Positions 9,813 to 20,081 of a stretch of DNA of 28,956 bases are shown here, one piece after another. Positions within the stretch are counted from its first letter, which is position 1, and every line of letters begins with the position of its first letter. The position numbers and the translations under genes were made by a program. The DNA comes from Fonticula alba ATCC 38817 (Eukaryota > Protista > Nucleariida): assembly GCA_000388065.2 (NCBI GenBank), contig KB932205.1; one strand, 5' to 3'. A model generated the notes under the pieces. The model ran no database searches, was not told the origin of the DNA, and saw nothing but the letters and a program-made list of their open reading frames with translations.

Positions 9813-11647
9813 CTAGAAGTCATCGTAATCCTCTTCGTCCAGGTTGACCAACGACGAAGTGGCACTGGCTGCTTGGCTGAGGAGGAGGCCGGCCGGGTTG
9901 GGCGCCAGCAGGGGCACCGGCGTCAGGCCCACCGGCCCGGAGGGCGGCGCAGGGGCCGGGGTGACAGCAACCGGCGCCAGGGCAGGCACCGGCACCAGCT
10001 GTATCGAGACCGGGGTGGCGGCGGTTGCCGCCACTGGCGCCGTCGCCGCCGGGGCCGGCGACGAGTCAGCACCCGTGGCCAGGACGGCATTCGATTCGGA
10101 GGCGGAGGATGCCGCCTGCGAGGACGCCGCTCCAGTGCGTTGGCGTTTCCGCGGCGAGGAGACCATCGCCGCCGGCGCCACCACTGCAGGCTGTGAGGAG
10201 GGAGAAGCGCTGGGCTTCGTGGGTGAAGGAGTGGGAGGCGCCGCCGCAAGGGCCGCGGCATTGCGCGCGGCCACACGCATCGACACACGCCGGCCCCCGG
10301 ACACTCCGCTGTCGGCCATCAGGCTGCCTTGCGATTGCGAGGGCGAAATGCCGGGCGACACCCCGGCCGAGGCGGCCGGCGAGGGCGAGGGCGAGGGCGA
10401 GGGACAAACCACCGGCAGGACGGTCGGCGGCTCCTTCGAGGCAGCAGTACCAGGGCCCGAGGCCGGCGTGAGCACAGGGGCTGGGACGGGCGTCGGCACG
10501 GGGGTTGACCCTGGCGTCGAGCCGGCTGGCCCGGCAGCGCGCGCAGGCCCCCGGCTCAAGGCCGCGGTCAGTGGCGACCGGCCAAAGGACAGCAGAGGAT
10601 TCGCCTGGGGGGGCGGTGGGCTACTAGGTACGGCGGAGGGGCCGGCAGCGGCGACACGGCCACCGGCCGCCGACCGCCGCCCACGGGCCTTCGCGGCAGC
10701 CGGCTCCGAGCTGGCAATCGGAGACGAGGGAAGGACCGGCGAACTGGACACCGCCGCCAGGGGAGCGCCCTCATCGCCATCGGGTCCCCCAGTCGCCAGG
10801 CCGGAATCGGATCCCCCACCATCGGTCGTCGGGGTGCTGCCACAGGCACCGCCATAGCTGGTGTCCAGGAAACGCCCGGACAGGGTGCCACTGGTCTCGG
10901 CCTCCAGCAGGGCATTTAGCTGGTCCATGGTGAGCAGTTCGCCGGCCGGGGGGTCTGCGTCGGGGATCGCCTCGACTGTGCTCTTGAGAAAATCGAATTC
11001 GGTCCGGGAGAGGACGGCCCGTTTACTGGATGGAGAAACCCCAGCAGGAGGGGAGGCATGGCATGGCATGGCATGGCATGGCATGGCATGGCATGGCATG
11101 GCATGGGGGGAGCGGGGTGAGGGGCGAGGAGAGGGAAGGTCAGTCGCTGGGGGACACCGGGCCGACAGGGGAGCACAGACCACTGGCCGGGGAGGGGGAG
11201 AACGCACAAATGGACGGTCTGGATGCGCTTGGCGCCGGATTGGCGCGCATCGCCAAGGGCACCGCGCAACAGTTCCCGCATGAGGACCTCAAGTGCCTTG
11301 GCTGGGGCGGAGGAGTGGCGGAGGAGAGGGTAAGCAAAGAGTCTGGTGGCCAAGAGCCTGGGAGGAAACGCATTCCAAAGGACAGGGAGTGGAGGGCGGG
11401 AAATGGGGAAGGAGGGCGGGGGGTGAATGGTGATCGGCTGCGCACAGACAAGCATCGGAGCCGCAAGGGACACCTTGCCAACTTCATCGTCCTGCTGCAT
11501 GATCCGCTTGATGCGGTTCTGGAGAAGGGCCGGGGAACAGGGTCGAGCAAATGCCGGGTCAGTGGCGGAACGGGCAGGAAAAGGCGACAAAGGAACACCC
11601 TGACAGAGGCATACCACCGGGAAGGCGCTTTTAAAGCGTCGCCTCAT
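9813..11647 (-). CDS. DRAP1: Negative cofactor 2 alpha subunit (DRAP1/Bur6): histone fold plus long low-complexity tail, ~470 aa
   Basis: Exons: 11647-11615, 11518-11446, 11301-11208, 11025-9813 (1413 nt). The spliced N-terminus [69 protein letters not shown] matches the NC2-alpha H2A-like fold ([32 protein letters not shown]...FDFLKDLV). Confidence 0.92.
11056..11105 (+). repeat. (GCATG)10 pentanucleotide repeat in DRAP1 intron 3
   Basis: Ten perfect units inside intron 11207-11026. Confidence 0.95.
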
Positions 11648-11957
11648 TGTGCCCTGTGAACAACCGGATGAACGAGCGCTGACTGGACAACAGACGGCGG
11701 GGAGAAGAAAGCGAGGGGGAGAGGGAGAGAGGGAGAGAAAGAGACAGGGAGGGAGAAAGGCAATGCCTCAGGGTGCCACTAAACAGACTGGCCCTCCGCG
11801 GGAACAAACCCAGGCAACGGAGACGAGAGACAGAAGCAGGCGGGGGAAGGGAGGAGAAAAGCAAGAGGAGCAGGGGTCGGGGGAGGGGCAGGGGCGGGGG
11901 AGAGGCAGGGCCAGAGGCAGGTTGCCCGACGAGGCGAGAGTTCGACCAGCGCAGAGG

Positions 11958-11965
11958 CTTTTATA
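11958..11965 (-). promoter_or_regulatory. Candidate TATA box (TATAAAAG) for DRAP1
   Basis: The minus strand reads cgcTATAAAAGcc. It is followed by a pyrimidine-rich stretch (~11930-11650) resembling a 5'UTR and leading to the ATG at 11647. Confidence 0.5.
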
Positions 11966-12086
11966 GCGCCAACGAGACGCCGCCTCTTTAGATGTGGCTA
12001 GATGCCGGGACGGGGCGCCGGGGTGAATACACTCCCGGCGCCTCTCTCATCGGAAGGGGGGCAAACGTTTGTCCCCTCCTCCGCCT

Positions 12087-12135
12087 CCCCCCCCCCCCCC
12101 CACACACACACACACACACACACCACCACCACCAC
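12087..12135 (+). repeat. Compound poly-C/(CA)11/(CAC)n repeat in the DRAP1-RRP36 intergenic region
   Basis: Direct read. Confidence 0.9.
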
Positions 12136-12538
12136 GCCTCGCCAGGAAACACACAGCACCCAGGAACCAACTCCGCCACAGGCCCCCGGGAGGACGAGCC
12201 AGGGGCGCGACCGGTAATTGTCCGGCGAGTGCCGATGGACTGTGTCACAGCTGCCCATCCATTGCGTTGGGATCTGGACATCCCCCCTCCGACGCCATGC
12301 GCCCGGCAGGCTGGTCGAGGGAGAAGATCCGACGGCGTGGCCCGGGGCCCGGACGGGCGGATGTGCGGACCCTTTGTGAGATCGCACCGCGCGAACCCCC
12401 CCCGCGAGACGGGTGGCGCATTCTTGCTTCCTTGCTGGCCCTCCCCCCCCCCCCATCTGTCTCCTGTTTACCCCTCCCCTCCCCCCCTGTCTTTTTGCCT
12501 TTCTCCCTCTCCCCCTCTTCCCACCTACATTTACACAC

Positions 12539-14280
12539 ATGCCTCCTCGGCACATTGCGAAGAAGCCCCGGACGGAGGGCCCCGGGTCGACCGGCCAGCA
12601 GCCGGAGGACGAGCGCCTCCTCCGTCGGATGATGGCCTTCGACCAGGGGTCCAACTCCGAGCTGTCTTCCTCGGATGACGATGACAACGCCCCCGAGGAG
12701 CGTGCTCCTGGCCCGGACAGCCGCCATGGCCATCTGGACACCTCGAGCGAGTACGACTCTGACGACTCTGACGACGACAGCGAGTCGGAATACGAGTCCG
12801 GCGATGAGTTCGATGTGGCCGCCGCCTCCATTGACGAGAAGATTGTGCGTATCAGACGGAATCATGGCAGCTGTGGCTGCCTTCTCCGTTCGGCCGCTCG
12901 GCCCCCGTCTAATCTCTGACGGATCTTTGTCCTCCCCCCCCCCTCCCGCTTGGGATCAACCAGGCCTCGCTCCAGCGGGATCTCTCGGACATCCCCCTGT
13001 CGGAGCTGATGGAGCTGCGTCGGACGGCAGGTGCGAAGGCCGTTTCGCGGCTGCGCATCGCCTCCCAAGGCGGCGAGGCGTCCCTTTCGCGTGGGCAGGC
13101 CGACTCCGACGTTCCGGCCGGCAAGCGCAAGAAGAGCCAGTGCGTTACGCTGTCCCTATGGGAGGATTTCACCTGTGCTGTGCTGTGCCGTGTTTTGCTG
13201 TACCGTGTTGTGCTGTGCTGTGCTGTGCAGCCGACGGGTAGGGAACCATTCGCACTAACGCCATGCTGATGCCCTCCCCCATTAGACCCCAGGTCCAGTC
13301 TTCTCGTGTGCGGGTCAGCGTGCTGCGACAGGTGGTCGAGTCACAGCGCCCGGTACGTCCCCCTGNNNNNNNNNNNNNNNNNNNNNNNNNNNNNNNNNNN
13401 NNNNNNNNNNNNNNNNNNNNNNNNNNNNNNNNNNNNNNNNNCCCCCCGCCGCCGCCGCCGTGCCTTGCCACCGATGCTGACGCCCAATTGCCCGCCTCCG
13501 GGCTCACAGAAGGCGCGCGATCCGCGCTTCGAGCGCACTGCCGGCAAGTACAACGAGGATCTCTTCAAGAAGGCGTACGGCTTCATCACGGATCAGCGCC
13601 AGCAGGAGATCGACAAGCTGCGCGCCAGCATCAACCGCGAGAAGAATGAGGGCCGTCGCGAGGGTCTGAAGATGTCCCTGCAGAGGCTCGTGCGTTGCCC
13701 CATCCCCGGGTCCGGTGGCCACCTTGCGATGTTGCCTCTTCCTCTGACCACCCCCTGGCATTCGTGGGCCACCCCCCGCCGAGATAGACCCAAATCCAGA
13801 AACGCATCAAGGACGACGACAAGAAGCAGGCTGTCCGGTCGGAGCGTCTTTCCAAGGAGCGCGAGCTGGTCCGCCAGGGCAAGAAGCCCTACTTCCTCAA
13901 GAAGAGTGCGTGGCATGTCTCGCTGGATGGGGCTTCCTTTCTGTGGCTTTTTCTCCCCCTTCCTCTTCATTTTGCCTTGCTGTCGTTGGCGTTGGTGTTG
14001 TTCGGACTTCCGCCACCACCTGGTCACTGTCGAGGGTCTCCCCCTGCCTCTGTGCCTGTGCTTACATCGCCATTCACCTTTGTGTCGGCCGCACTCCCGG
14101 CGGGGTCCAGGCGACGAGCGCAAGATCGCCACCGCCGCGCGCTTCAAGGCCCTTTCGGAGTCCGGCGGCGCGGGCGCCGTCCAGAAGGTCCTCGAGCGCC
14201 GTCGCCAGAAGCAGGCCGCCAAGGACCGGCGCTTCCTGCCACACGTTCGTCGGAGCGCCGCCCAGCAGGACGACGACTGA
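12539..14280 (+). CDS. RRP36: rRNA biogenesis protein Rrp36 (DUF947), ~338 aa
   Basis: Exons: 12539-12844, 12964-13139, 13286-13352, 13510-13689, 13788-13905, 14111-14280 (1017 nt, phases compatible). Motifs: PQVQSSRVRVSVLRQVV, ARDPRFERTAGKYNEDLFKKAYGFI, ERELVRQGKKPYFLKKS, VLERRRQKQAAKDRRFLP. Confidence 0.92.
13174..13228 (+). repeat. Interrupted (TGTGC)n pentanucleotide repeat in RRP36 intron 2
   Basis: Two blocks, 13174-13188 and 13209-13228. Confidence 0.8.
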
Positions 14281-14486
14281 GAGCGGCGTCTGGCGCTGGG
14301 GACTGCACCTGGTCTGCCTACCGAGCATCGATTCCACCACTAGACACACGAAAGAGAAAGCGGCAGCCGAAAGGCGGGGAGTGCGACAGATAGGAGGGGG
14401 AGAGAGAGAGAGAGGAGGGAGGGAGAGGCCAGACAGAGGGAAGATGCACGTCGAGCAGTGGGGCCCTTGTGACACGGGGGATCTAT

Positions 14487-14492
14487 TTTATT
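14487..14492 (-). terminator. AATAAA overlapping the JMJD5 stop codon
   Basis: The minus strand reads CAA TGA ATAAAA; the last A of TGA is the first A of AATAAA. Confidence 0.4.
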
Positions 14493-16528
14493 CATTGGCC
14501 AAGGAAGGCATGCAGGTCGAACCAATTGTTGACTCCGGCCCCGGAGGTGAGCGACCGCGCCGCGTGCCACCACCCGCGGGGGATGAAAAGCGATCGCCCA
14601 GGGGCAAGGAGGACATCCACATACCGGGCCTGCTGGTGCTCGGCGGCGATCGGCCCCAGGGGGTCTGGTGGTGACCCGGGATCCGGTGGCCCGGCCGCCT
14701 GTCGCCGGCCAAGCTCCAACAGGGGCACGGCAGATGTGTTGTGCAGGGCCCCGCTCGTCGGGGCAGCCATGTGTGGCCCTTCGGTCGGTGGCCAAATCCG
14801 GAACACCTTGAACCCGTGGACTTGGGTGTAGATGTTATCCCGGGGGTCGGTGTGCGGGGGGGAGTATGTCCCGGGGGGGCCGATCCAGACGTTGGTCTCC
14901 ACCGGGGGCGGATCCGGCCAGCCGGACTCGCCATCGGCTGACAACATCCCGGCCAGGTGAAGCAGCTCATCGGGTGCCAGGAAACACAGGTCCGGGATGC
15001 AAATGTCCCCGCGCACCTCCGGGAAGTGATGGAAGAGATCGAACTGTGCCAGGTAGGCCGGGGTCGGGTTGTCGGGCGACCCGGCCGCCCGATGTCGGGC
15101 CGTCTGTTGGCCAATGTGTCCGGCCAAGTCCCCGAGGAAGACCACGCGCGGCTGCCAATTGGCGTCGGAACAGCCGGCCTCGGGACTCGGGCAGTAGGAA
15201 GCCCCCAATTCCACCGGAGCCGACCGGTGCCGGCCGCCAAGTCGAGCCACCAGCCGCTGGGGCCCGGCCCAGCGTCGCACAGCCGGCCACCCATCCGCCA
15301 GGCCACCCAGCAGTACGGCTCGCGGGGGGTGATCGACCGTCGCGCACGCGGCTCGCAGGAAGCCACCCGCATCGGCCGGGCTGTCGAAAGCCAACTCCGG
15401 CACGGAGGCCGGGCCCGGGGCCGGCTCGCCCGGAGGAGCCCAGGGTGCCAGCGAGTGTTGGCCGGTCGTGCAGAAGCTTCCCAGCAGCCGCAAATCCAGG
15501 GCCGCGGGGAAGTGCGGGAATTCGGCCATTCGCGCCAGCAGGCGCGGCACCGGACTGCCATCCATGTCGGGAGTTCCGCCGGCAGCAGTGGCCGCGGGGG
15601 GGGTGGTGGCGGTGTTGGTGATGCTGGTGGTCGGGCAGGCGGCCGCCGATTGCAGTAGAGCCTCAAAATCCGCAGCCAACCGGGCAAAGTGTGCCGCCGG
15701 CTCGGCTTCAGCCCAACAGTCATTGTCGGCCGAAGGAGCCGCCACAGGGGCCGGGCCGCGCATCATCGACGCCTCGGCCAGGCTGAAGCCCGAGGTCAGA
15801 TCCACCTGGGGCGCTTGGGGCTCGGGCTGACGGATGCGCGATGCCAGGATGCGTGCCAGTTGCGAGGCCAGAGCATTCAGGGGCATGGTGCTCATGCCTG
15901 CAGGTTGCCCGGGCCCCGGGGCCGGGACGTCCCATGGCGCGCCAAAGACCAGCCCCCGGTCAATGAGGACCACGGCCGCGAGCAACAGGGCCTGCTCCAC
16001 CGGCTCCGGGATTACATGCTGCAGGGCCGCCGACGCGAGGACCCCGGCGTGCAGAAGACACGCCGTCAGCAGGGCCTGGCGCAGGAAAACCGGGACCACC
16101 CGCCAAGGAAGCAGGTGGATCAGTGCCAGTAGATCCGCCTGCAGGAGGGCCAAATGCCTGTGGAAGGCGGCCAAGCCGGGGCCGCCAGCTTCCAGGGTGA
16201 CACCCTCCAGTGCCAGGGCCTCGGCCGGGACGTCGGTCGAAAAGCAACTAGGCGGCCGAAGATCGCCGACCAGACCCGGCCGCGCGCCGGCCAGCCGCGC
16301 GGGGAGCTGGCCCCCTGCCGAGGGAGCCTCGCCATCAATCAGCCCCAGCGCCAGGGGGAAGAGCTGGGCCAGGTGGCGCTCGAGAGCGGCCACCGTGGCG
16401 GGCCAGGTCCAGCCAGAGGGCAGACCGGCCTGCGCCGTCGCCTCGGCCGGCCCTGCTGCCGGCAGATCGCCAAGAAACCGGAAGAAGAGCGTTGCGATCA
16501 GCTCCAGCAGCGGGTCCTCTGGCTGCAT
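14492..16528 (-). CDS. JMJD5: JmjC-domain 2-oxoglutarate oxygenase, JMJD5/KDM8 family, 678 aa as visible (the 5' end may extend toward gap 16566-16831)
   Basis: Uninterrupted ORF. The JmjC core YLAQFDLF..IPD..WIGPPGTYSPPHTDPRDNIYTQVHGFKVFRIW..LAPGRSLFIPRGWWHAARSL..NNWF has an intact HxD..H triad and the 2OG-binding S, N and K. The N-terminal PWRVVPVFLRQALLTACLL..LIDRGLVFGAP resembles the JMJD5 N-terminal helical region. Confidence 0.85.
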   Translation of the reverse strand: MQPEDPLLELIATLFFRFLGDLPAAGPAEATAQAGLPSGWTWPATVAALERHLAQLFPLALGLIDGEAPSAGGQLPARLAGARPGLVGDLRPPSCFSTDVPAEALALEGVTLEAGGPGLAAFHRHLALLQADLLALIHLLPWRVVPVFLRQALLTACLLHAGVLASAALQHVIPEPVEQALLLAAVVLIDRGLVFGAPWDVPAPGPGQPAGMSTMPLNALASQLARILASRIRQPEPQAPQVDLTSGFSLAEASMMRGPAPVAAPSADNDCWAEAEPAAHFARLAADFEALLQSAAACPTTSITNTATTPPAATAAGGTPDMDGSPVPRLLARMAEFPHFPAALDLRLLGSFCTTGQHSLAPWAPPGEPAPGPASVPELAFDSPADAGGFLRAACATVDHPPRAVLLGGLADGWPAVRRWAGPQRLVARLGGRHRSAPVELGASYCPSPEAGCSDANWQPRVVFLGDLAGHIGQQTARHRAAGSPDNPTPAYLAQFDLFHHFPEVRGDICIPDLCFLAPDELLHLAGMLSADGESGWPDPPPVETNVWIGPPGTYSPPHTDPRDNIYTQVHGFKVFRIWPPTEGPHMAAPTSGALHNTSAVPLLELGRRQAAGPPDPGSPPDPLGPIAAEHQQARYVDVLLAPGRSLFIPRGWWHAARSLTSGAGVNNWFDLHAFLGQ

Positions 16529-17290
16529 GGGGGCTTTACGAGGGCGACGCCGGGGGGGGCGGGGGNNNNNNNNNNNNNNNNNNNNNNNNNNNNNNNNNNN
16601 NNNNNNNNNNNNNNNNNNNNNNNNNNNNNNNNNNNNNNNNNNNNNNNNNNNNNNNNNNNNNNNNNNNNNNNNNNNNNNNNNNNNNNNNNNNNNNNNNNNN
16701 NNNNNNNNNNNNNNNNNNNNNNNNNNNNNNNNNNNNNNNNNNNNNNNNNNNNNNNNNNNNNNNNNNNNNNNNNNNNNNNNNNNNNNNNNNNNNNNNNNNN
16801 NNNNNNNNNNNNNNNNNNNNNNNNNNNNNNNGGGCGACGCAGAGGGAAGGCGGAAGAGGAGGCGGAGCAGCGAGGGAGGAAAGGGAGGAAAAGAGCCAGG
16901 GAAGAAGCTCCGGGGAGGGAGGTCGCGCGCCTGTGAGGCGTGCCGGGAAACGGGGCGGGACGGGATGTGGGGGGCGCGGGGGGGGGGGAATGACGAGTGC
17001 AGTGTTCAACCGGGGGGGAGCAGCCAGGCGGCGGCGCGTGTGGGCGCTTTTTGGGCAGGCCGCCGCGGGCGGTACATTCCTGGTGCGGTGCTCCTGGTGA
17101 AAATGGAAGCGCCATGTGATCTCCCAATGATATGATAGCCCGGCTGCTATCGTTGTCATCCCCGGCGCCGTCTGGGATTGTGGGGGAGGCTCCATGGGTG
17201 GGGCTGGGTGGCCAACCCAACAGGCCGGCCAGGGTGCTGGCGGCCTGGGTCTGTGTGAATTCCTGTGCGAGTAAGGCCCTGCTGCCACAA

Positions 17291-17324
17291 CTCCCCCTCT
17301 TCCCACCTACATTTACACACATGC
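17291..17324 (+). repeat. Exact 34-nt copy of 12509-12542 (RRP36 5'UTR plus ATG) at a contig end
   Basis: CTCCCCCTCTTCCCACCTACATTTACACACATGC occurs at both sites; identity stops at the N gap, and the upstream flanks differ. Confidence 0.85.
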
Positions 17325-19408
17325 NNNNNNNNNNNNNNNNNNNNNNNNNNNNNNNNNNNNNNNNNNNNNNNNNNNNNNNNNNNNNNNNNNNNNNNNNNNN
17401 NNNNNNNNNNNNNNNNNNNNNNNNNNNNNNNNNNNNNNNNNNNNNNNNNNNNNNNNNNNNNNNNNNNNNNNNNNNNNNNNNNNNNNNNNNNNNNNNNNNN
17501 NNNNNNNNNNNNNNNNNNNNNNNNNNNNNNNNNNNNNNNNNNNNNNNNNNNNNNNNNNNNNNNNNNNNNNNNNNNNNNNNNNNNNNNNNNNNNNNNNNNN
17601 NNNNNNNNNNNNNNNNNNNNNNNNNNNNNNNNNNNNNNNNNNNNNNNNNNNNNNNNNNNNNNNNNNNNNNNNNNNNNNNNNNNNNNNNNNNNNNNNNNNN
17701 NNNNNNNNNNNNNNNNNNNNNNNNNNNCCCCCCGCCTATGCGGCCCCTGCGGGGTGCTCACCCCCAAAGAGGCTGCTTTGTCCGGTATGAGGGGGGATTT
17801 TGTACCGGCCGTCAGGCGCGTGGCGCTTTGTGGCCCCCTCAGCAGGGGTCGAGGCCGTGGCAGAGCGTGGCAGAGACACTCGCACTGTCCCGCCCTCCTC
17901 GTTCCTCCTCCTCCTCCTCCTCGCCCGCCAGACCCCCTCCCCCGAAGCGAGACAGCAGGGGGTACCCAGGACCGCTACCGAGAGACTGGCCCCGGGCGTC
18001 GGGCCTTGGACAGCGGCCGAGGTCAGAGGATGTGGCGACGATCCAGCCAGTCTCCCGGACTCCCTGCCCCCCAGGCGGGGACGGGCAGCCTCAACGGCGG
18101 CCGGCCGACATGTGGCAGGAAGAGGGTGCCGGCGAAAGGGGGGGCGAGGGGGGGCGAGGGGGGGCGAACGGGGGGCACAGAAAATACGGATACCTGCTGG
18201 TGCCACGTCGAGCAGGTTCGGACCGATGGCCGCCACGTCCGGACCCCCCGACCGACATCGGCCGCACGGCCATGTGTATCTTCGCGGGCCGAGGGGGGCA
18301 CTGGAGAAGCATGCGCTCCCCCCCCCCCCCCCCCCTACGGGTCCTCTCCTTTGGTGCATTGTGTGGTAAACGTGTCCACGGGCTATTTTCCGCGCATGTG
18401 CAGGGGGGCGGGGGGCGGCATCCGGCGTCGGCCCCCTCTCCCTTACGGCCCCCCTCGGCCGCCCTCGCCGCGATCGTGTAGGACCCCGTACTTTGCCCCG
18501 CCGCGGGCATATACCCCCACTATCAGCCCCCCCCCCCCCCCCAGTGGGACGCCCCGCCCCCGGGCCCCTCTCTCCACTCCCCGTGTTATGATTGTGTCCG
18601 GCACACTTGCCCTCGACCCTGTATATGGGAATGGCGCAGGGAAGAAGGGCCCCCCGTCCAAGCACAGCGTCCGGGGAGGGGGGGGGGGCGGGAGGACCTG
18701 GCACAAGACCGCACTCAGCCATGTGCAGCGGTATGGACATTGAACAGTTCGCGGTTTGAGATTTATATTGCGTTTGAGGACTCGCTCATAGTTTACAAGG
18801 ACAGTTGATCTTCATCAATCGGGGTGTGGCGTGCGAACCGGACACACACGCGGGAGGGGGCGCGATGGAGGCAGGGGGGAGGGGGTTGGGAGGGGGTACA
18901 AATGTGGAGAGCTGGGGAGCGGGGAGCGGTGGGGGGGGGGGGGACCGACCCCGCGCGCAAGAGGGGATTTGGGGGGCGCTCTCGCCTGCATCATAGCCAC
19001 ATGCGCGACGGAGCGCGGCGCATTGCCGGCCCCGGAGCAGCAGGGTCCATACGGGGGGGAGAGGCAGAGAGGGGGGGAGAGAGGGCCGAGGCAGGTGGGT
19101 GCGTGCGTGCGCGCGCATGTCGGCCTTCTCAGGTCATGCACGCAAACGCACACACATACACATGGCGCTTTCGGTCTAGGGCAGAGGGGGGGGGGAGGGG
19201 GGAGGCGCGCGAGATCGGGGCCCGTGGGCCCTGTAGCTCGTAGCCACATTCGTGATTTGAAGATATCGGGGAGGGGCGGGGGGGAGGGGGGGAGGGGGGA
19301 GGAGAAGGGACGGCTGGTGGCTATGCCATGGAGAGCACTTCCCTCCGGCAGCGCCACACAGCGGGCGCGAGCGCGCTTCTCTTCGGCGCGAGGTCGTCAC
19401 GAAGGCCA

Positions 19409-20074
19409 TCAGGCCGTGGCGGCGAAGCTATGGCACACCAGCACCGCAAGGGTGGCAGAAGTGGCGGGTGAGAGGCAACGCGAGGCGGCGACTGTCGTCA
19501 CCATTGTTGCTCCCACTGGCACCACGACCGGCGCCGGCGCAGTCGCCTTGGCGGCCATCATCATCATCTTCATCGTCGTCATCGTCACTGGGGTCGTCGT
19601 CGTGGTCGGCAGGGTGGGGGGGATTGGCTGGAGGCCATCATCGTCGCCTCTGCCCAGCACAATGCCACCTGCCTGCGCCAGGTGGGCCCCTTCTTCTCCG
19701 GGGAGGCAGGGTCCCCTCTGCCAGCATGGACAGGGGCGGCCCAGCTGCCGGCGCGGCCTGTGCCGCCTGAAGGGGAGCACCATGATGCGGCTCAACCAAC
19801 CGACCAATGTCCTGCCGTGGGGGGGGGTGGCCATCGCCGGGGGTGCCCCGTCGCCCTCCCTCCAGCACCACCTACAGGCCGAGGCAGTGTCACTGTGTGC
19901 CCCGCTGCTGTTGGGTGGCGGCCGAGGAGGAGGGGGAGGTGGTGGTGGTGGCGGCGGCGGCGGCAGCGGCGGCGGGCAGGCGGGCGGGCCGCCATCGGTG
20001 CCGGAGGCGGCCGCCAGCGGGCGCCCACCGGCCCCAGGCACTGGCGTCGATGGCGCCAGCGGCTGGCCGCGCAT
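19409..20074 (-). CDS. Candidate 221-aa low-complexity ORF immediately downstream of the cyclin (possible cyclin tail, separate ORF or 3'UTR)
   Basis: The ATG lies 7 nt after the cyclin TAA. Poly-Pro and Thr/Met-rich in this frame; the cyclin frame contains poly-Ala/Thr and an acidic tract but has stops. No recognisable domain. Confidence 0.3.
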   Translation of the reverse strand: MRGQPLAPSTPVPGAGGRPLAAASGTDGGPPACPPPLPPPPPPPPPPPPPRPPPNSSGAHSDTASACRWCWREGDGAPPAMATPPHGRTLVGWLSRIMVLPFRRHRPRRQLGRPCPCWQRGPCLPGEEGAHLAQAGGIVLGRGDDDGLQPIPPTLPTTTTTPVTMTTMKMMMMAAKATAPAPVVVPVGATMVTTVAASRCLSPATSATLAVLVCHSFAATA

Positions 20075-20081
20075 GACCGCA

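Noticed and set aside
11056-11105. Regular repeat array as a possible CRISPR or telomere-like repeat
   Set aside because: Simple pentanucleotide microsatellite with no spacers, inside a spliceosomal intron.
12046-12052. PAC-like element (CGATGAG on the minus strand) upstream of RRP36
   Set aside because: A single imperfect match ~490 nt upstream, with no RRPE partner and no comparably placed copy at SAS10; within chance.
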